A stretch of DNA of 64,000 nt from a virus (lineage: Duplodnaviria > Caudoviricetes), in IMG/VR virus record IMGVR_UViG_3300032093_000005, one strand, 5' to 3'. Positions 30,654 through 42,600 of the stretch are shown here, one piece after another. The notes under the pieces are model-generated. The model did not search any database. It was not told the origin of the DNA and saw only the letters and a program-made list of their open reading frames with translations. A program made the position numbers and the translations under genes. Position 1 is the stretch's first letter; each line of letters begins with the position of its first letter.

Positions 30654-33600
30654 TTATAGATCCTTTTTAATTGCACCAGTATTTCTTAATCCATAATTTC
30701 TTCTTTGGATGGTTGGGAACGTGGTTAATCCTGAATTAACCGTAAATCCAGAAATACCAATTGAAATTGGAGTTAACGATCTTGTTAGTGAAGATAATTT
30801 ACCCCAAGAAAACTTACCAACATTATCACCCGTAGTTGCAATTCCAACTATTGAAGTTTGAGAATGAATATTACATGTAACCACACCCGCAGAAATTGCA
30901 CTTATTCGGTAAATGTTATCTACGCATATAGTACCAATCCCGATCACATCAGTATTTGAATTTATAATAGAAGTAACACCATTTCCAACTATTGTATCAT
31001 AAACAAAAATATAATCACCAATAGAGAGAGATGGTACTAATGAATCAAAGTTTTGTGCAGTAAATCTAAGGGCCAAATCTGTTCCAATACCGACTGTTGT
31101 TCCAATACCAGTTAGATTTCCAGATTTACCTGCTACTGCGGTAATGTTGGTGATATTTTCATAAGTTGGATCTGGTAAAGGAACAAGAACTTGTGGTGGA
31201 TTTGACGTTGTATAACCAAATCCCGGATTATTAATTGTAACTGCAGATAAAGAACCGTTAACTATACTAATTGATGCATTTGCTGTAGTCCCAATCCCAA
31301 CACCTATTCTCATTGGAGACGAAATGCTTACATTTATAGACGCACCTACATAACCACCACCAGCATTATTAATTGATAATGACTGAATTGTTCCTGCAAT
31401 AGAAACAACAGCAGTAACAGCAGCAGATACTGGATCTGGAGTGCCAGAAATAATTAATGCATTAAAATCTGGAGTTATTTCCGATTCATAGTTAAAGAAT
31501 TCTGAATTATCGACATATATTGTACCATCTGTCGATGTCAAGTCTTTAATAATTTTAGCAGTTGGATAAATTTGAGGTTCAATAGAATCTCTAGATTTAG
31601 AAATTAATTCACCATCGATGACCTTATCTACTTTTTGTTTTGTCCAATTTAGTGGTTTGAAGTTACTAGCATCAATACCTTGAAAACCATATGGTGATGT
31701 TTCTATAATATCTGATGTTACTATTCCAGAAATTACTCTAGAATTTTGTGTAGTTGTAATTCCAGAAAGTAAATTGTTACTTAAAATTTGAATATCATCA
31801 CCAGGTTTAAGAGTTTCAAAAACTGTTATATATTCACTATCTAAAGAACTTCCCCTATAGAAATAAATTGATATATTATCTTCTACTTTAGGTGGTTCAG
31901 TAAATGTAAACGAGGTTCCTCCATTAAATTGATATGCAACACCTGGTTGCTGAAGAATTCCATTGATAAAAATTACTAATAATGTATTAAAATCGATTAA
32001 TTGAGAGTCTTGATCTTTTGAATTTTTCTCAAAACTTAATAACTGTGAGTTGTAATAAAGTGGGAATCTAACTCTTAGTCCGTCTTGTAAATTTTTAATT
32101 GAATCAATGTAATCTAATTCACCAAACTGCCAAGCAGAGAATGAGTCTGTAAAAGTATCAACAACTGTTAATTTAAATTCCGAAATAGGTGAAGATAAAC
32201 CATATGCAGTTACAAGTCCAACGACCTTAACAACATCTCCAGGTTTAAATCCATATCCATTTCTTACAATTTCAAAATTAGTTACTTCAAAGAGTGTTGA
32301 TCCAATTCCTGTAGTTGAACATGCACCAACATCAACATTTACTAATAATCCTGTTCCACAACTAGTTGTTGTCCCTATTCCTAATCTAGAAACTCCAATT
32401 ACTGTTAAATTACTATAACTTGGAGCAGAAACATTAATTGTTGGATTTGTGTATCCACTCCCACCATTAACAATAGTAAATGAAAGAGTTCCTCCAGCAC
32501 CTACGTTTGCTGAAATTATTGATCCATTACCAGTAGAGTCGGTAACCGCTACAGAAACTGGATTTGTATATCCAGATCCCCAATTACCTGTTGTTCCTAT
32601 TCCAATAGATGTAATTATACCTCCAGAAATAATAGATGTAACAGATGCTCCAACTAAAGGAGCATAACCTAATCCAGGAGTTGATCCTAAAGATACAATT
32701 ACACCACCTCTTGGAAGTTGATTTAAATTTATATCTGATTCTGAAACTATAAGTGACCCATTTGTTGATGTAATTCCTGAAAATACTATACTACTAACAC
32801 CAACTACAGTATCCTCAAAAATTCTGAAGTTATTGTTTATATTATTTTCTGTGGTTGGAGTTTGATAAATTCCATTAATTAAAACAATTCCATTTCCACC
32901 TATAGTTCCCAATCCAATAGTGTTTCCTCCACCAACAGTTAATTTATAAGTCTGTCCTATTCCTGTGAAATTTTCAGAAATGTTATCATAAACTACATTT
33001 GAAGTATAATCTTTTCTTAAAAATACTCTACCATTAAAGTATGATTTTGCCTCAGGAAGTTCATCAAAATCGACAAGTAATTGATCTTCTAAACTTCCTT
33101 GTGGAGGATATGTAAAATAAATAGCACTCTTTGAAATATTAAAAGATCCTCTATAAACAGACGCAATTCCCGAGTTTGAATGTGAAGTTGCCGAAGATCC
33201 AACAAAACCTCTTTTAACGCCAACTAATGGGAATGTCCCTGCAAAAGAAATTGGTCCGGAGTATGTTGTGCCAAATCCAACATTTTCAACTTTCATATAT
33301 TCGTTATCAATCTTAAGAATATCTCCAATAAGAATTGAAGATATACCACTTAATGCAAAGAATGTAGTTGCTGCACCAATAGAAGTACCATTATTAACGG
33401 TATAATTTAATAAAGAGTATGATATTGGAGATTGAATTATATTATCAATTGTAATAATTGATTTTTCATTTTTCTTGACCATTTCCAATTCATGTGCATT
33501 ACCAAGACCAACTGAAGTAAATGTTACCGCTATTCCAGCTGCGGCATATTCTTTTCTGGTTGCTATTTTAAATTTATCATTATTAATTTTAATTGCATAT

Positions 33601-36600
33601 ACAACTGGAGGAAGAAGATTGGTAACGACTCCAACATAATTTAAAGTAGATCCAATTCCAACTGAAGTTGCAGCAACTCCAATAAAAGTTGAATTTGGTC
33701 TGTAAATTAATTCTTCACCTGTACTAAAGAAATGATTTGAAATATTAAAGTTTCCAGTTGATGGTTCTAATACTAAAGAATTTGAGGGATCAAAAGTTTT
33801 CATGAAAATTGGCACGCCATTATATTTAAGATCAAATTGAAGAGTATTAATATCATCATCATTAATAGCAAAGTACTTAGAAACTCCAACTGATTCTAAA
33901 ACATTACTATATTCTAAATTTGGAGCAATATTTACATAATCATTTTCTCTATAAAAACTTTGATTAAAACTTAAAATTTCAAAAGTTCCTGAGAATCCTG
34001 CATCAGGATAAAATTTCAATGATACTGTTGATCCAGATATTTCACCACCAAAAGTTCCTATTCCAGAAGTGCTTCCTATTGATAAGAATGGATATTGAGT
34101 TGTATAAACATTATTAGAATCTGAAATAAGCATTACTTGATGTAATGCACTTGTTTGACCAATACTTACCTTTAAAACTGATTTTACTGCATTAAATTGT
34201 GTAGACTGATATGAAATAATAGTTGATGCTGATGAAACATTTGTATATAATGAATCATATTTCACAGTATTTTCATATCCTTCAAGTTGAGCTGGTTGTT
34301 TAAATCTATATGTCCCTATACCAGATCCAGATGCAGTTGTTCCAAATCCAATATTTTTGGATCGAATTGTTATACTATTGGTTGAAGTATTTGTGCAGGT
34401 TAATGATAAAATACCACTTGGACTAATGGAAGCTCCAAATGATCCAATAAAATTAGAACTCATTCCATCTTCACTATCAAAATAAAATTCTGATATATTT
34501 GTATCTGTACCATTATGATCTACAAAAAGTTCAACATAATTCATTTCATTAGTTACATTATCAATTAAATGAATTTCAGAATGAATAGATTCTATTACTG
34601 CAGCACTTGATTCTAATAAAATTGCAGTTGAACCTGAAGAAACTGTAGATGTTGTTCCAGTGAGATTAATAAATCCTATAGAAGCAGTGCCTACACCTGA
34701 AGTGTAATTTGTAAAGGTGGTATTTAAATATTTTATATTATAAGATGTATTGTATCCTTCTCTAGGAGTAAACTTAAGATAGTAATCTCCAGTGCTATCA
34801 TCAATGTATCCATAAACATCTCCAATACTATTTGAAATATAACCAGTTTCAATTGAAGATCCTACAGATATTGTTCCTTTTTCTAACGTAATAATATTGG
34901 AATTATCATTTAAGACTATTACTTCATTAAATTGAGATTGGGAATAGTCCTTACTTGATATTTGTACGAGATACTTATTATACTTTCTAGAAGAAATGAT
35001 ATCTACAATTTTTGCAGAAGTATCTAAATCAAGTGCCTGGTCGGAGGTTGAAAATTCAGAACTAATATCATCAATTTCAAGAACTCTGTTTGTTCTGCAT
35101 TCAAAATAATTTGATAGTCTTTTATTTTGGAGTTTTACAAATCTAGAAATATTTTTAGTTTGATTCACATCAAAATCCTGAACAAAATCAAAATTATTAA
35201 TTGTATCTACTCTATTTTCATCTATAATATTGTAGTAAGAATTGACATACTCTTCTACATTTGTTGTTCCAACACCAACATTCTGAATAATTTGAGTATC
35301 TGCAAAGTTTTTGAGACCACTTGGATGAAGTATTCCATTTACAGGACTTACTATATCAATCCATTCTTGATTACTTTTTACAGTATATGATAAATTTTGA
35401 TAATAATCATTATCAGATATGACTTGAGTATCTTCATCTAATTTACCAATATTATCTGACCATCCAATATTTTGAACTGATGAATAATCAATGATAAATT
35501 GTCCGGTTGATTCTTTAACTTCATTAATTGTAGCGATTGAACCAGATTGAGTTCCGCGTATAATTTGACCTTTTTCTAATTCATATGATCCCGAAGTCTT
35601 AATATAATTATTATTTGATTCTGAAATTTTTAAATCTTTTTCAATAAAATTACTTTGTTCTTTTATTTCTAGCGATTCTCCAATAATAAAATTTGAAAAA
35701 ACTTGATTAAAGTTAAATGATGGATAATCACTGTAGTTAATAATTCTTCCATAATTATTATCGAGTGTTTTTGCAATTCCTGGATTTGTTGTTAAACCTG
35801 ATAAATTAAATCTTACAACTGCTGGGGTACTTGATGTTGATGCAGTATAACTAGAAACTGTAAAAAATTGATAACCATAATTTTCAGAATTTAGTCCATC
35901 TCCTTCAGTTCCATACTTTTCAATTCCCTCTACATAAATTTTATCACCAACTGCAAATGGTTCTACACTAAAACCAGATGATGGTGATAGTAAAGAACAA
36001 GTTACTATTCCAGATGATGAAGATTGTATAGAACTAATACCAACTCCATTTGAATTATTAATTACTTTCATAGTAACAGGATTTTCAGGCAATCCCTTTG
36101 GTTCAATAATAACATTGACTGATGTAATTACATTTGCGGATAAATTTGCTAGAATTAATCCCGAATCAATTTTTTCTCCAGTATCAGAATTTACTAAAAT
36201 TATATCTGGTGCTGAAATATAATTTTTTCCACCATATGTAACATTAACTTCCTCAATTGTTTTTGAATTTTCAATAGTTAAAAACTTAGGAATAGATGCT
36301 TCTGGTCGCAAAGTTTTATCTGAAGAATATTCAAAACCTTCATTTAGAATTCTAATTTCATTAATTTGTCCAACATAATCTGATTTTGGTATAATATATG
36401 CACCTGTTCCTGAAATTGAATCAATTCCTTCGAATACTGGTAACTTTTTAAAATTGGATCCTGCTGAAATTGTCCTAACCTTAGAAACTCCACCAGAAGC
36501 ACTTGCAGAAGTTGTAGTGTATTCTAAACTATCACAATCACTTTGAGTATAATAATTTTTCTCTGGTGATTTTGTTAATGAAATACTAAATGTTGTTGTC

Positions 36601-39600
36601 CCAACTCCAGAAATATTGTAAGAACCATTATAATAACTATCAATAAAATTAATTTGAGAATAATTTTGAACTTCTTTATCAGCAGTGCTAATGTAACCAG
36701 ATTTCTCTAAGGCATAGAATAGTTGAGTTGGTAAACCTTCACTATAATTAATTGTTAGCGAAGCATTGGTTGATATCCCAACAGTTCCTAGACCACTTAC
36801 AGAGAATGTGGATGTAGATCCTATAGAAATAAATTCATCCTTAAATTCCTGATCATAGAATATTTTAAACTTATAACCAGATAGAGAAGAATCCGTTAAA
36901 TTGAATACAAGGTTATTATTTTTGATTGTAGGAATTGCTGGATTGATTTGAGCAAAAGTTGCAGTTGTAAAAGAAAAATTATTGACTATGAGAGGAGGAT
37001 TTGAAATTGAATCAAGATACGTTTCACAAATATTAATGGTATCTTTATCAATTTTATAAACAAAGTATTCTTTTTTATTGTTTACAAAATAATCTAAGAA
37101 AATTTTATTGCCCGTTTCGAGTCCATGATTTGGAATATATAAAACATTTCCATAATTTTTAACAGCTGGAGCTACATTAAATCCTAAAGCACCAGGAGAT
37201 ATATCTCCTGGTGCAGAGGCAAATCTTGCAATTAAAAGACCATCTCCAAGAGGTTGTACTAATCCACTACCATCAACATCAAAATAAGAACTGACTATTC
37301 CACATCTTGCGTAACATGTTGCATGTGTTGTTCTAATTGCATTTTGTGGGAATGTAATTCCAGTTGCAATATTCGGAAAAGATGCAAGTCCAAATAGATA
37401 TCTTGTAATTAATACTCCATCATTATAACTTACAACTCCATCCCCATCAATATCAAATTGAGTGTAGTTATCCCAAATGTAATCATATATTTGTTGAGCA
37501 TTTCTAGTTGCTGTGGGAGAAATTGCACTACTAGTCCAAGCTATTCCAACTGCAGTATCTAAAGTTACAACTCTAGTTGGGTATGTGTAACTAAATTCGG
37601 AAGCACTACCAACTCCTGATACATTACTTCCTGTAAGTGATAATGAATTAATTAGTAATTTGTTATATGCTTGATTATATTTTAATCTAACAGCAGTAGA
37701 AGTTCCAATACCAACGGAAAGATTTGGTTTTACTGAAAGATTAATTATATCTCCAGAAATGAGTTCGTGAGATGTTGAAACTGAAACTTGAGTTACAATT
37801 TTTTCAATATCACCCTTTACTTGTGTAAAGTTTGATTGTAAGGAATATTGATAATCATTAGAACCATTATTGATAAAGAACAAACCACTTGTTGATGTTG
37901 TCAATCCAATTTGAGTGACAATACCAATATGATCTACTGATTTTTTAATTATATAAACAGTTTGACTATCTCCACTTGAAGGTAAATTAAATGCCGTGCT
38001 TCCTTCAGTATTCGCAACAGAAATTGCAGATGCACTTGAAGGTTTTGTGAAAGTTACTGCTTGATTTGTTTTAAATGAATGATTTGGTAAATAAATTGAT
38101 TGAGTTGGAATTGAGATGAGATTATTAGTTTGAACTCCAATGTTGTTAATAACTTTAACATCAATACCAGAAGTAGTGCCTACACCAATAGATTGATTTG
38201 CATTAAAATAAATTAAATCATTAATTTTAGATTCAAAATAATCTACAGATTTATTAACTATAAATGTGTCTGTATTGAAATATATTGGTGTTGTTGCAGT
38301 ATGAGCAGCGCCAGTTGTTTCTCTAACAACTCTAAGTACATTTTGAACCGGAAAAATATTTAATACTGATAATCTTTCTGATTCTATTGTTAAACTACTT
38401 CCTATAGAAATATTTTCAGGGATATTAGAAACATAAACATCAGTAACAATACCAGCTGCTGAATATGATGGAATTTCTTGAATAATAACTGATGTATATG
38501 AAGTTACTCCTATTTGTTGAAATCCATTTAATGAAGAAAGTGATGTGGAAAAACCAGAAATGTTTACATAATCTAGATTTTCAAAATTGTGTTTTGGACT
38601 AACTTTAACTTCAACTTGATTTCCATTTTTCCAAGTGAAAATTGCATCATTATATGATGTTATTGAAGTTTGTAAGTTTGAAATTTCTTCACCTTTAATT
38701 TCAGATACTTGTGCTATTAGTCCTCCACCATTTGTATTTTCTTCATTGAATTGTAAAGTATTCCCAATTTTATAGTTATATCCAGAATTTATGATATCAA
38801 AACTATCAATTGAACCAAAAGTGACTGATTCAACAACTGCAGTTTGATTAACAATTTCGTTTGATTCAATTATAAAATCATTATCAGCATAGTTATCATT
38901 AACTTTATATGGAAATGTATTTCTGACTAAATTAGAATTATTAAAATCAAATGATTGATTTAAAGTTTTGTTTTCTGCTATAAATTTGGATCTATATCTG
39001 TCTCCAATAAAATATGGAAAACTGCCAACTACATTGTTTTCATCATCAATTATTGATGTTGCAAAATAAGCATATACTCCATTTGGAAATTCTGGAGTTA
39101 TACAGTATCTTCCATTATATTCATCTAAATCTCCAGAATTTGTAAATTTGTAGTCTTCTACAAAAAATCCAGAGTTAAATCCAGATGGTCTGTTTAAAAT
39201 ATTTGCAGTATTTAAAGTATAACCAGATACTAATTTTTTAAGTGTTGAATTATCTTTTGGATTTTCATAACCATATGGTCCATAAATTGGATTACCATCA
39301 TATGCCCATCCAATAATAGGTGAGTGAATTGTTCCATCATCAAAAAATTGAGATTGCCCCTCATACCTTTTAAATTCTGATTGAAGCGTTTGAGAATATG
39401 AAAAAACTCCATATTGCAAATTATTATATGATGATGTTACTAGATCTACTGCCTCTAAAGAAGTATCATCTATATCTTTATATAAAACATTTTTTTTAAC
39501 TGTAATAGATCTTACTTGAGGATCAAGTAAAACATTTTTGCCTGCAGGGATTACTGAAATAGTGGTATTTGCAGTGGAGTATCCTGTACCAGGATTTACA

Positions 39601-42600
39601 ACAATCACGTCAGTAATTTTATTATTAACCACAATAGCTCTCAAAGCAGCACCAGTTCCTGTGCCAGTTACAATAATATCTGGAGTTGAATAGTATTCAG
39701 TTCCACCATATTGAACAAAAACATCTTGTATTGATCCATTAATAATGTTTGCTTTAAGTTGAGCATCTTTACCATTTTTAATGGAAATAGATGGTTTTTT
39801 ATGGTAGTTTAAAATTGTAGATCCATAGTCAGATCCTTTCTCATAAACATAAACATCTACAATTTCTCCACGTATAGTTGGAGTTGCATCAATAACACCT
39901 GTAATTTGAGTGCTACCAAAACCAACTGCAGAATATTCTACTTTTAAATAAATATCTGGATAATTGAAAACGTGATAACCAGAACCTGTAGATCCTAAAC
40001 TAATATAATTTTTTCTTAAATAATTTGTTCTTACTGTTCCTCCAATGCCAGCATTAGATAATTTAAAAGTATCATTATCAACCTTAAGAACATAGTATTG
40101 ATTTGTTGTAGTCAATCCTGATATTAAATTACCTGTACTTGAATATACAATTAATTCACCATCTTTAAAACCGTGATTTGAAAATGAGATTGTATGATTG
40201 ATTGTAGAAATTCCAGTTGGAACAACTCTTAATTTTCTATTTGTATATCCACTTCCTTGATTTATGATCTTAATTTCAGATAGAGTATTTTTTGGTTCTG
40301 TAGCAAACTTATGAATACCACTTGTACCAATTGTTGTAAATCCTACAGTATTAATTCCAGATTTAAAATCCTCAAATGACTCATAAAGTTGAATTGTATT
40401 ATTACTGATAAATTTGCTATAATATAATGACTCATTTTTAAGTGTCCTTCCAGTATTAGCATCTGATCCATAATAAGTGCCAATACCCAATGGAGAATTT
40501 CCACCCTGTCTATAAAGAATAGGTTGACCATCATATAAATTATGATCACTAAGAAATGTAATAGTTTCAAAAGTTGTACTTATTCCACCACCATTTGATA
40601 TTTCTCTTGCATCAAATGCAATCTCTCTTCTTTTTCTTTCTACAATTGGTTCAAAAGTAGCATCTGTCCCATTTCCACCGGTTAAAGCAACTGAAACAAT
40701 AACGTCAATATCAAAATCTTGAGGATCAACATAAATTTTTTCTACTGAACCACTAATGACTGGTTGAACAAGAGCAGATCCAGAGGACAGTGATAGTAAT
40801 GGGGGGTTAATAACATCATAACCAGTTCCCCCACTTAGTACATTTACAGACTCTAGGGGTCCATAGTAAATTTTTTTATCAGATTTATAATTAAAAATTT
40901 CAACTCCATTAACTAAAATTCCAACTGCTCCAGGAAGTGTTAAATCAGATTTACCATCACCAATATTATTGGAAATAGGAAATTTTCTAAGTATTTTTTG
41001 TGGTGATAAAACTTTTTGTTTTTGAGAATCTAAAATAAAATTATGTGTACCATCCGTTAAAGTGCCAAAAGACACATAGTTTTCAGTTCCAACTAAACTC
41101 TTAGAAAGATATAGTTTAATTTGTTGATTATTTGTTCCTGAAACAACTTCGACATAATATAATCCTTCACTCAATCCTGAGATTGGGGTATCTGAAGCAG
41201 TATAGTATATTTCACTACCTGTCAAAAAAGAAACTCTTTCTGAAAAAGTAATGGTTGAATATAATTGTGTGATTGAGTTTTTTCCACTAACTCCAGAAGC
41301 ATTATAAGAAAAGAGTGAATTTGAAATTTGATATGATGGCAATGAGTTTGAGGCAACATACATGTGCTCATTATTTTCATCATAAACATTTTGAACGTCT
41401 GAAGTTGTAGGATTATATTCAAATTCTACATTAGAAGCATTAGCATTTTTAATCTTTCTTCTAATATCATATTTTAAATCTGGTAAAAGACTAAAACCCT
41501 CTGCAATTGTTATTTGATTTTCAAAAATTGAAGTTATTTCTAAATTAGAATTTATTATAGTTTGGGAATCACGAGTTAAAATGTCAATATAATCACCGAC
41601 TTTAAGACTAGATTTATCAATATTACTTTTTAGAGTAATTTGTGGAGTTGAAAAAGAATCAATTTGATATCTTGAGCTGGTATTGTAAATCCAACTATTT
41701 GCAAAAATTTCTTTATAAGTTTTTTGAATTGGTAATTGTGGATTTTTTATAATTGTTCCAATATTTTTAACTTTTATTTGTTCACCTATGGAAATTGAAG
41801 AATTTGTAGTGATTGGTTTATAATTTGATATAACTCCAGTAATTCTAATTTCGACTTTTTTAGATTTATCTCCTTCAGCATACCCATAATATGTTTCATC
41901 TGAATAAATGGTAGAAGCAGTTGCAATACCAGATGTAACTCCGGAACATCCAAAAAATTGGTTAATACTTTTATCAATATATGTAATTTTATTATTTCCA
42001 GAATAAATTGTTCCAGATTGTGGAAATCCTAATGTTGAATCTACAGTAATGACTGAATCACCTTCACTTACATAATTTAAATTTTTTGTGTTCCCTGTAA
42101 TATTGAAAGTTCCTGTTATTGTTGGGAATGCATCATCATAACCAATAAAAAGTAAAAGTTTGTAATATGTTTTATTTTTTCTTCGAATTATCTCAACTTC
42201 TGATACCGAAGCTGATGTTGTAATATCATTGTTTTTAAATATTGTTTGACCTTTTAATTGTAAAGGATCTCCTGAAATTACATCAGCAATAACAACCGCT
42301 CTCCTTACATAAGTTGATGATGATGGTTTTAACAAAAATTGTTCAAGATCAATTACCTTTGGAGTTTCACCAAATAAAACATTAAAAAGAATTTTAAATG
42401 ATTCTTCAGTCCCTTTAGATTCATAAAGAGTTCTTGCTTCTTTAATGAAATTGCCAACATTCAAATCTGAAACAAAATCTTTGTTTTCTAGATCTGGAGT
42501 TAAAGAATATTTAATTTTTTTATAAAATTCTTTTAAAAATAAAGAGCTTAAATTTTGTACGGTCGATAATCCTACATGTGATGCTGAGTTTGATGTAGAA

